Part shown: in pieces, positions 47,800-55,719 of the stretch
How the letters are laid out: each line of letters opens with the position of its first letter
Numbering within the stretch: position 1 is the stretch's first letter
Assembly (NCBI GenBank): GCA_036267875.1
Contig: DATAVE010000160.1
Coordinates: 5,420-69,419 of the forward strand
Source of the DNA: Mycobacteriales bacterium
GTDB lineage: Bacteria > Actinomycetota > Actinomycetes > JAFAQI01
DNA: 64,000 nt
Direction of reading: 5' to 3'
Position numbers and translations under genes: made by a program
The notes under the pieces: generated by a model
Databases searched by the model: none
Told to the model about the DNA's origin: nothing
What the model saw: only the letters and a program-made list of their open reading frames with translations

Positions 47800-49076
47800 C
47801 CGTGGCGATCGAAGAGCCTCGGACGACGTCGGGCTCGTCTGGTCGGCTGCTGTCCGGGTTGACGACAGACAGCTCGGTCGGCCTCGCGCGCCACCACGAA
47901 GTCTGGGGTCCGCTGCCTGGGCTTCGTGCTACTGCGCTGATCGATGAGATCGAATCGGCCGGGCTGCTCGGCCGTGGTGGTGCCGGCTTCCCGGTCGCGC
48001 GCAAGCTGTCGGCCGTTGCGGCGGGGAAGGGTCCGGCGGTCGTTGTCGCCAACGGCTGCGAGGGCGAGCCGGCCAGCGCGAAGGACACCATGTTGCTGGC
48101 GCGGGTCCCGCACCTGGTGCTCGACGGCATTCAGCTCGCCGCTCGCGCGGTCGGCGCGGATCGCGCCTACCTGGCCGTGCACTCCGGCTCGTCGGCCATT
48201 CCCTATCTGCGTGCCGCTCTTGCCGAGCGTGGCCGCGAGGCGGTTGGCGTGACGCTCGGGCCCCTTCCGCGGCGGTACGTCGCAAGTGAGGAGTCAGCGA
48301 TCGTCAGCTGGCTCAATGGTGGCGATGCCCTGCCGGCGTATACGCCGCCGCGACCGTTCGAGCGCGGGGTCAATCGTCGCCCGACGCTGATCAGCAACGT
48401 CGAGTCGCTCGCCCAGCTCGCGACGATCGCGCGGTACGGCGCCGAGTGGTACCGCGGCATCGGCGACCGCTGGGAGCCGGGCACGATGCTGGTCACCGTC
48501 AGCGGACACCGTGTAGATGGACGCAGCGTCGAGCGGCGCGTTGCGGAGGTGGCGACCGGTACGACGATCGGCCGCATCTTCACCGCCGCAGGTCTGTCGC
48601 TTCGCGGCTCGGACGCGGTGCTGGTCGGCGGCTACTTCGGCAGCTGGCTGCCGGCGGCGCAGGCCGCGCGACTGCCGCTGACTCATGCCGCGCTCCGCGG
48701 TGCAGGCGCAGCGCTTGGCGCCGGGGTGCTCGTAGCGCTGCCCCCGGGTAGCTGCGGGATCGCCGAGACCGCGCGAGTCGCGTCATACCTTGCCGCCAAC
48801 AGCGCACGGCAGTGCGGGCCATGCCTCAACGGGCTGCCTGCGATCGCGGGTGCGATGAACGCGCTCGCCGCCGGTGCGTGGGACGACCGGACCTGGCCGG
48901 CACTGAGTCGATGGCTCGACGTCGTACCTGGGCGGGGAGCATGCCGGCATCCCGACGGTGCGGTGCGGCTCGTCGCAAGCGCGTTGTCGACCTTCGCCGC
49001 CGACGTCGAACGGCATCGGGACGGCCAGCCGTGTGACGGCATCACGGCGGTGCCGTTCCTACCGGTGCCGCGATGA
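47796..49076 (+). CDS. NuoF-like (complex I 51-kDa family) NAD(H)/FMN/4Fe-4S oxidoreductase
   Basis: GRGGAGFP FMN/NADH motif, VVANGCEGEPASAKD, and a C-terminal Cys cluster ARQCGPCLNGLP. Confidence 0.75.
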   Translation: MTVAIEEPRTTSGSSGRLLSGLTTDSSVGLARHHEVWGPLPGLRATALIDEIESAGLLGRGGAGFPVARKLSAVAAGKGPAVVVANGCEGEPASAKDTMLLARVPHLVLDGIQLAARAVGADRAYLAVHSGSSAIPYLRAALAERGREAVGVTLGPLPRRYVASEESAIVSWLNGGDALPAYTPPRPFERGVNRRPTLISNVESLAQLATIARYGAEWYRGIGDRWEPGTMLVTVSGHRVDGRSVERRVAEVATGTTIGRIFTAAGLSLRGSDAVLVGGYFGSWLPAAQAARLPLTHAALRGAGAALGAGVLVALPPGSCGIAETARVASYLAANSARQCGPCLNGLPAIAGAMNALAAGAWDDRTWPALSRWLDVVPGRGACRHPDGAVRLVASALSTFAADVERHRDGQPCDGITAVPFLPVPR

Positions 49077-49106
49077 ACCCGGTGTCGAAGTGAACACGGT
49101 GTCGAA

Positions 49107-49301
49107 GTGAAGGTGGAGCTGAATCCCATCCTGTGCACTGCGCATGGGCTCTGCGCGGATCTGTTGCCCGAGCGGATCGCGCTCGATGAGTGGGGCTACC
49201 CGATTCTCGAGCCGGGCGAGCTGCCCGACGATGTCGTTGCGCACGCCCGCCGCGCGGCCCGCGCCTGCCCCACTCGCGCGTTGGTCCTGTCCCGCGGATA
49301 G
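49107..49301 (+). CDS. small ferredoxin
   Basis: 64 aa with C-x-x-x-C...CP motifs (ILCTAHGLCADLLP ... ACPTRAL). GTG start. Confidence 0.55.
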   Translation: MKVELNPILCTAHGLCADLLPERIALDEWGYPILEPGELPDDVVAHARRAARACPTRALVLSRG

Positions 49302-49350
49302 GGGTCGATTTCGGCGTTTCGGCTGGGTCGCCGCGGGCTACCCTTCTCGC

Positions 49351-50178
49351 ATGCGTAGATGCTCCCTTCTTGCCTCAACTGTCGCCTCGGTTGGTGTTTG
49401 TGTGGCTCTCGCCGCAACCAGCGCACCGATTGCGGTGGCCAGCGGTGTGACGCAAGGAAGGCTCGTCAAGACCAGCGCCCATGAGCTGCTGCCTACCCGC
49501 GGCGGGAGCGCGACCAGCCTCAACTGGGGCGGCTACGCCGTCACTCCGGCAAGCCACGACGTGACGGCGGTGACATCGACGTTCGTCGTACCGAAGGCAG
49601 GTCTGATCCTGCCGGGCTTTGCCGCGAGCTGGGCCGGCATCGGCGGCTACAACTCCTCAGACCTGATCCAGGCGGGGGTCACCGAGAACTCGCTGCCGAC
49701 GAACCCGATCAGCGGCCCGCAGTACGGCGCTTGGTACGAGATCCTTCCAGCCTCCGAGACGCCCGTCAGCAACTGCGCCGGCAACAGCGCGTGCACCGTC
49801 AAGCCGGGCGACTCGGTGACGGTCAACATCCACCAGACCTCGCCGGGTCAGTGGAACATCTCGATCGCCGACCCGACAGAAGGCTGGACGTTCGACAAGG
49901 CGCAGGCGTACGCGTCGACCGAGTCCTCCGCCGAATGGATCCTCGAGGCGCCGACGGTCATCGCGCAGACGATCCTCGCCGGCGTCGGCACGGCGCACTT
50001 CGGCCCGACCTCGACGTTTACCACGGCCAGTGGCGGCACCCAGACGATCGCGCAGGGCGACCCGACCTCGATCGCGCTGTCGCCCGGCCTGATCAACGAG
50101 GCGACCCCGTCCGCGCTCGCCGCAGACGGCCAGTCCTTCAACGTCTGCGCCTACGCCCAAAGCTGCGCCACCCCCTAA
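49351..50178 (+). CDS. secreted peptidase of the G1 (eqolisin / scytalidoglutamic peptidase) family
   Basis: Signal peptide, then G1 hallmarks NWGGYA, SWAGIGG and QAGV...WYE. Confidence 0.65.
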   Translation: MRRCSLLASTVASVGVCVALAATSAPIAVASGVTQGRLVKTSAHELLPTRGGSATSLNWGGYAVTPASHDVTAVTSTFVVPKAGLILPGFAASWAGIGGYNSSDLIQAGVTENSLPTNPISGPQYGAWYEILPASETPVSNCAGNSACTVKPGDSVTVNIHQTSPGQWNISIADPTEGWTFDKAQAYASTESSAEWILEAPTVIAQTILAGVGTAHFGPTSTFTTASGGTQTIAQGDPTSIALSPGLINEATPSALAADGQSFNVCAYAQSCATP

Positions 50179-50221
50179 CCGGCCACCCATCGTGACCAAG
50201 CAATGTCACATTGCCTGGGCG

Positions 50222-51946
50222 TCAGCCTTCGGAGGCTGTGCCGGCGAGATGGCGAGCCATCCTCAGCACTACCGCCATGATCGTCAGAGTTGGGTTATTC
50301 GCTCCGGCGGTGGCGAAGACGCCGCCGTCGTGCACGTAGACGTTTTCGGTGGTGTGCACCCGGCCCCATTCATCGACTACTGAGGTCCTCTCGTCGGTGC
50401 CCATCTGCATCCCGCCGAGGACGTGCCGGGTCAGCGGCAGCGAGGCGGTGGCGCCCATGAGCGGCGTGTTCGCCGGGACGGCGGCGGACACCGTCGCTCC
50501 GGCCGCCTTCAGGACTGCGGTGATGAACGGGATGTAGAACTCCTGCGCCACCGTTTCGTGCTTGCCGGGCGCGTAGGTGATTCGCGGTACGGGGAAGCCG
50601 TGCCGGTCCTTCACCTTCGGGTCGAGGGTGACGTTGTTCGACAGGTACGGCAGGTCGTGGCCGAGCATCTGGATGCCGGCGATCCGGTCGCGCAGCAGGG
50701 AGGTGCGCATCAGCTCCTTGAAGGTCCGGCCGAAGGGCTGTTCGGGCAAGACCGCGCTGAGGATGTACTGGTAGAACTGCGCCTCCGCAAGCACCTCCTC
50801 GCTGCCGCCGAGCTCGCACAGCCCGCCGCGGATGTAGGGCAGACCCTGCAGCTTCGCGAACGCCTTCGCGCCGATGAAGTCCGGGTCGGCGAAGTCCTCG
50901 AGGCAGTGCGTCTCGGCGCCCCAGCTCTTGTAGGCGTGCAGCCGCTCGTCGAGGAACAACCCGAAGCCCGACGTGAAGTAGTGGAACATCAGGCGCTTGC
51001 CGATCCGGTCATGCGGGTCGGGTAGCCCAGACATCAGCGCGAGCCGCGCGCTCTCGATGCCAGACGCCGCAAGGATCACGACGTCTCCGCGCTCGACCCC
51101 GCGTCGGCCGTGCTGGTCGATCCACGCCAACCCCGTCGCGCGCCGACCCTTCATCTCGACCTTGTGCACCATCGTCTCCGAGCGCAGCTCGACGCGACCG
51201 GTCAGCAGAGCGCGGTGCAACAGGTCGAGGGCGCTGCCTCGCGCCGACGTCGGGCAGCCGTACGCGTCGCAGAACCCGCAGTTGTTGCAGATCGGTCGAC
51301 CGTTGTACGGCTGCGAGTTGATCGCGTGCGGGAATGGATATGGGTGCATGCCCAGGGCCTTGGCGCCATCGGAAACGAGCTTGGACGCGCGTTGCGGCGG
51401 ACCAGGCGGCATCGGGTAGCCCTTGTTCCGCGGCGCATGCTTGAGCACCGGGTCCTTCGGCATCGCGGCCATGTCGCCCTGGATGCCGATCGTCTCTTCG
51501 AGCTCGTCGTAGAGATGCGAGAGAGCGGAGTACTCGAACGGCCAGTCCGCGACGTCCGCACCTGGTTGCGGACCCAGCATCGACAGCTGCTTGAAGTCGA
51601 TGTCCCAGAAGCGCGGCATGGCCGCGCCGTAGTGGATGGTGCCGCCGCCGACCGTGACCGGAAGCTCGTTGACCGGTCCGACGTAGTAGCCGCTCTTCTG
51701 GCTGGCGCTGGTGCGGAAGGTGCGCGGGTACGCCGTCGGGTCCGGCTGCTCGAAGTTGCGGGTCAGCTTGAGGTTGTCGTTGGAGAAGACCGTCTTCGGC
51801 GGCCACTCCTTGCCGAGACCGGTGAAGTAGTTCGGGCCCTTCTCCAGCATGACGACGTGCCACCCGGCCTCGGCCAGAGTCATCGCGGTCACGCTCGCGC
51901 CGGCACCTGAGCCGGCGATGACGGCTTTACGCATCGACTCAGCCAC
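50222..51946 (-). CDS. GMC-family FAD-dependent oxidoreductase
   Basis: N-terminal FAD motif AVIAGSGAGASVTAM..LAEAGWHVVMLEKG and a C-terminal GMC region. Confidence 0.85.
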   Translation of the reverse strand: MAESMRKAVIAGSGAGASVTAMTLAEAGWHVVMLEKGPNYFTGLGKEWPPKTVFSNDNLKLTRNFEQPDPTAYPRTFRTSASQKSGYYVGPVNELPVTVGGGTIHYGAAMPRFWDIDFKQLSMLGPQPGADVADWPFEYSALSHLYDELEETIGIQGDMAAMPKDPVLKHAPRNKGYPMPPGPPQRASKLVSDGAKALGMHPYPFPHAINSQPYNGRPICNNCGFCDAYGCPTSARGSALDLLHRALLTGRVELRSETMVHKVEMKGRRATGLAWIDQHGRRGVERGDVVILAASGIESARLALMSGLPDPHDRIGKRLMFHYFTSGFGLFLDERLHAYKSWGAETHCLEDFADPDFIGAKAFAKLQGLPYIRGGLCELGGSEEVLAEAQFYQYILSAVLPEQPFGRTFKELMRTSLLRDRIAGIQMLGHDLPYLSNNVTLDPKVKDRHGFPVPRITYAPGKHETVAQEFYIPFITAVLKAAGATVSAAVPANTPLMGATASLPLTRHVLGGMQMGTDERTSVVDEWGRVHTTENVYVHDGGVFATAGANNPTLTIMAVVLRMARHLAGTASEG

Positions 51947-52721
51947 GACGCCAGACTCCGCTCGCGTAGGTCTGCGCGATCTTCTCGAAGTCGCCCAGCA
52001 GCATGGACACGATCCCCGTCGGATCGACGATGTCGACGTCGATCTGTGCCATCTCCTTGGCGGTGTAGCCGCGAGGCTGGCTATCGCCCGGGTAGCCGAT
52101 CTCCTTCCAACCGGCCAAGCCCTTGTTCCCGCCGTACTCGGGATTGGAGTACATCCCCTCGATCGTGTGGCCGAACATCACGGTCGTGAACGGCGCGACG
52201 CCGGACTTGGCGAGGATCAGGTCCTGCTGGATCGTCGACACCTTCGTGAAGTCGCCGTTCGCGTGCGCGTCGAGCGACTTCACCCCGGCGCGATAGGTCT
52301 TCTGCAGCTCCTTGACCCGCGCTCGCCACGCCCCTGCCTGCGCCCGGTCGGGCTTCACGAAGGTCTTCATGTGGTCGGGGCCGCCCTTGGTGTGACGGTT
52401 GCTCCATGGCCCGCCCGCGAACAGCTTCGGCGTCGAGAACGAGAACATCGCCAGCAGTGTGTCGATGTAGCGCACCACATCGCACTCATGCGCGCCCGGA
52501 TGGCCGATCTCGAGGAGGTCGTCCTCCGGCCCGGGCGCGATCCGCCGAGTGGCGGCGTCGACGACCGCCGCCTCGTGCGCCGAGAAGAACTTGTACGCCG
52601 ATCCCCCTGCTTTTTGAGAAGCCGCCGCCGCGGCCTGTGACTCGGCGAGCAGATCGGGGACGAGTGCGGCGAGCGGCAGCAGAGCCGTCGTACCGAGGAC
52701 GCGTCGGCGGGTGATGTTCAT
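51939..52721 (-). CDS. gluconate 2-dehydrogenase subunit 3-family protein with a Tat signal
   Basis: Start MNITRRRVLGTTALLPLAAL (twin-Arg). 8-nt overlap with the downstream GMC gene. The upstream extension in the ORF track is rejected. Confidence 0.65.
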   Translation of the reverse strand: MNITRRRVLGTTALLPLAALVPDLLAESQAAAAASQKAGGSAYKFFSAHEAAVVDAATRRIAPGPEDDLLEIGHPGAHECDVVRYIDTLLAMFSFSTPKLFAGGPWSNRHTKGGPDHMKTFVKPDRAQAGAWRARVKELQKTYRAGVKSLDAHANGDFTKVSTIQQDLILAKSGVAPFTTVMFGHTIEGMYSNPEYGGNKGLAGWKEIGYPGDSQPRGYTAKEMAQIDVDIVDPTGIVSMLLGDFEKIAQTYASGVWRRG

Positions 52722-52743
52722 GGGCCTCAGCCTGACACGCGTG

Positions 52744-53733
52744 TCAGCCTTTGAAGGTGCTGGCGCCCCGATCGCCGTACGGGTCGTCGCGCTCGGCAAC
52801 CGCCTGGCGGAAGCCGACCGAAGCGGCGCGTTGCTGGAACGCGTAGCCCTCGCGGGTGTGCCGGGCGATCCCGTCAAAGACGGTCGACACCATTGTGGAG
52901 TTCGCGACTCCCGACGCGAGCAATGAGCTGTTGAGTGCGAGCTTCGCCATGATCAGCTGGTTGATCGGCATCCGGGCGATCCGCTCGAGCAGGTTCTCGG
53001 TGCGCGCGTCCAGGTCCGCAGCCGTTGGCGCCTCGATCGCGAGCCCCCATTCCAACGCCTCGGCACCGGAGATCGTGTCGCCGGTGAACAGCAGACGTTT
53101 GGCGCGCTGGTCGCCGATCCGGTGCGCCCACATCCCGGCGGCGGGGATGCCCCAGACCCGGGTCGGCGGGTAGCCGATCTTGGTGTCGTCCGCGGCGATG
53201 ATCTGGTCGGCGTAGAGCGCGATGTCCGTGCCACCCGCGACACAGAAGCCGTGCAGCTTCGCGACCGTCGGCTTGTTGGAATGAAGCAGCGAGGAGAAGC
53301 CGCGGTTGAAGCGGCTCATCATCGCGTAGTCGACCATCGGGTCCCAGGTCGCGTTGGGGTCGTGGTTGGCCACCTGTACGCCGGAGGCCAGCACGGTCCC
53401 TGACCGCCGCGCAGACGGCGACCGACCGCTCTCGTCCAGCCGCTCCGCGAATGCCGCGAGGTCGTAGCCGCCACAGAATCCCTTGCCGCGACCCGACACA
53501 CAGATCACGTGCACCGCCGGATCGAGGTCCGCGCGCTCGACCGCGTCGGCGAGCTCGATCGGGGTGTCGTAGGTGATCGCGTTGCCCTGATCGGGCCGGT
53601 TGAAGGTGATTCGCGCGATCCGTCCGGTGACCTCGTAGGTCATCGTGCGATAGCCGGGATGCTCGGCGGGCTCGCCCGCGAGATCGGCAGTCGGAGAGTC
53701 GTCGTACCACTCGGCAGGTCGGTCTTCAGTCAC
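52744..53733 (-). CDS. crotonase-superfamily protein, MenB / DHNA-CoA-synthase-like, with an internal insertion; start uncertain (alternative ATG at 53643)
   Basis: ITFNRPDQGNA ... GKGFCGGYDL motifs. The N-terminal extension (AEWYDD...TMTYEV) resembles that of MenB. Confidence 0.6.
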   Translation of the reverse strand: MTEDRPAEWYDDSPTADLAGEPAEHPGYRTMTYEVTGRIARITFNRPDQGNAITYDTPIELADAVERADLDPAVHVICVSGRGKGFCGGYDLAAFAERLDESGRSPSARRSGTVLASGVQVANHDPNATWDPMVDYAMMSRFNRGFSSLLHSNKPTVAKLHGFCVAGGTDIALYADQIIAADDTKIGYPPTRVWGIPAAGMWAHRIGDQRAKRLLFTGDTISGAEALEWGLAIEAPTAADLDARTENLLERIARMPINQLIMAKLALNSSLLASGVANSTMVSTVFDGIARHTREGYAFQQRAASVGFRQAVAERDDPYGDRGASTFKG

Positions 53734-53772
53734 GGCGGCAGCGTACGACCGAGGGCCGGTAGGGTCCGCCTC

Positions 53773-55719
53773 ATGGTGGGGGAACCGGCACGACGCCGAA
53801 GGCGATCGAACGCAAAACAGGCTGGGGCTGGCACGACGCCGATCGCCGAGGGCGACGTGCGGGTGCGTCCTCCCGATCCCAGCGCTCGCGACAAGCTGCG
53901 CTACCGCTTCGATGCACTGCTCGCACGTGGACCGTTGGGCGTCATCGCGCTGCTGTTCGCGATCACGATGGCATTCGTCCTCGTTTCGGCAGCGATCATC
54001 GCGCTCGCTGGCTCCCACTACGGGCAGAACGGAAGCACCTACCACGGCTTCGGCGAGGACTTCTGGCAGAGCCTGCTGCGGGTACTCGACACCGGCACCA
54101 TCGCGAATGACCCGCATTGGGGCGAACGGATCGTCGCCTTGGTGGTCACACTCGCCGGCATCATCATCGCCAGTGCCCTGATCGGCATCATCGCCACCGG
54201 TTTCGAGCAGCGCATCGAAGCCTTGCAGCGCGGCCGCGGCGCCGTGATCGAGAGCGGCCACACCCTGATCCTGGGCGTCTCGCCGCGGCTCTACTCCATC
54301 CTCTCCGAGCTGATCACCGCCAACGAAAGCCAACGCCGGCCGGCCATTGTCGTGCTCTCGACGATGGAGAAGTCAGAGATCGAGGACGAGGTTGCTTCCC
54401 GCGTCGACGACCTCGAGAACACCCGGCTCGTATTCCGCACTGGAGATCCCGCGAACCCCGCCAACCTCGAGCGGGTGGCGATCGGTACTGCGCGATCCGT
54501 CGTCGTGCTGGCCGACGAGGAGTCCGACGGCGACGCGGGCGCGGTCAAGGCGACGCTCGCGGCGTACTCGATGATGCCGGCCGGGGAAGCCTCGATCGTC
54601 GTCGAGCTCGGGTCGGAGAGCACCGCGGAGGCGCTGGTCGCGGCGTGTGGCGACCGGGTGCTACCGGTGCACGCGGCCGACATCATCTCGAAGGTCGTCG
54701 CACAGGCGTGCCGGCAGGCCGGCCTTGGTGCCGTCTATCGCGAGCTCCTCGACTTCGACGGCGACGAGATCTACGAGACTGATACCGCCGAGGTCGTCGG
54801 CCGCCGCTTCGGCGACATCCTGCTTGCCTACAACGGATGCACGGTGATGGGCGTCAAGCACGCGGACGGGACGTTGAACCTCGGTCCGTCGATGGATCTG
54901 GTGATTGCCGAGGGCGACCGGCTCTTCGTCGTCGCGGAGGACGACAGCGTCGTGCACTTCAGCGGCGACTCGTCCATCACTGCGGCCCCGGCGGCAGACG
55001 GCGCTGCGGCACCCGGAGCCGCAGAGCGTTTGCTGATCATCGGCTGGTCCGACCTGGGTGGGCGGATCGTCAGCGCGCTTGACGGCATGCTGTCCGCGGG
55101 CACAACGCTGCGAATCGCGGTCGATCCGGAGATCCTCGCTCCGGCCGACATCGCTGTTCCGCCGATCGCCCATCAGGTCGAGGTCATCGCCAACACCGGG
55201 ATCGCCGACCTGGGCGTCGAGCAGTTCGACCAGATCTTCGTGTTGGGCTACCGCGGTCACATGTCGATGTCGGATGCCGACGCCCGCACGCTGCTTACGA
55301 TCATCACGCTCAACCGCAGACTTGCCGACGCCGGGCATCGGCCGCGGGTGGTGGCCGAGGTCCTGGAGTCGCGCACCGTGCCGATCGCGGCGACGGCAGG
55401 CATCGACGACTTCGTCGTGAGTGACGACCTCGCCAGCCTGCTGATCGCGCAACTGTCCGAGAACGCTCAGCTCGCGAAGGTCTTCGGTGAGCTGTTCGGG
55501 TCGACCGGCCCGACGATCGCGATGCAGCCAGCTTCGCGATACGTCGCGCTCGGCGAACACTCATGGGGCTCGGTCGTGCTCGCCGTCGCCAAGCGCGGCG
55601 ACGTGGCCCTCGGGTTCCGAAGTGCCGATATGGCGGTGGTGGTAAACCCGAAGGAGTCAGGCCCGCTCGGATTCGGCGAGCACGAGCAGATCGTCGTACT
55701 CACCCGCTCTGCGCCGTGA
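53773..55719 (+). CDS. CASTOR/POLLUX-like putative ion channel with tandem RCK (TrkA-N-like) domains
   Basis: N-terminal 2-TM pore-like module (LRVLDTGTIANDPHW) lacking GYG. Two Rossmann-like RCK repeats (HTLILGVSPRL...; RLLIIGWSDLGGRI...). The upstream part of ORF 53509 is rejected. Confidence 0.6.
   Translation: MVGEPARRRRRSNAKQAGAGTTPIAEGDVRVRPPDPSARDKLRYRFDALLARGPLGVIALLFAITMAFVLVSAAIIALAGSHYGQNGSTYHGFGEDFWQSLLRVLDTGTIANDPHWGERIVALVVTLAGIIIASALIGIIATGFEQRIEALQRGRGAVIESGHTLILGVSPRLYSILSELITANESQRRPAIVVLSTMEKSEIEDEVASRVDDLENTRLVFRTGDPANPANLERVAIGTARSVVVLADEESDGDAGAVKATLAAYSMMPAGEASIVVELGSESTAEALVAACGDRVLPVHAADIISKVVAQACRQAGLGAVYRELLDFDGDEIYETDTAEVVGRRFGDILLAYNGCTVMGVKHADGTLNLGPSMDLVIAEGDRLFVVAEDDSVVHFSGDSSITAAPAADGAAAPGAAERLLIIGWSDLGGRIVSALDGMLSAGTTLRIAVDPEILAPADIAVPPIAHQVEVIANTGIADLGVEQFDQIFVLGYRGHMSMSDADARTLLTIITLNRRLADAGHRPRVVAEVLESRTVPIAATAGIDDFVVSDDLASLLIAQLSENAQLAKVFGELFGSTGPTIAMQPASRYVALGEHSWGSVVLAVAKRGDVALGFRSADMAVVVNPKESGPLGFGEHEQIVVLTRSAP

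Noticed and set aside
51939-52877. 312-aa form of the gluconate dehydrogenase subunit-3 ORF
   Set aside because: The Tat signal MNITRRRVLG marks the real N-terminus. Upstream residues are Pro/Ser/Arg-rich read-through.
53509-53772. Upstream 88 codons of the channel ORF (start 53509)
   Set aside because: This part overlaps the divergent crotonase gene on the opposite strand. Homology and hydrophobic content begin after MVGEP at about 53773.
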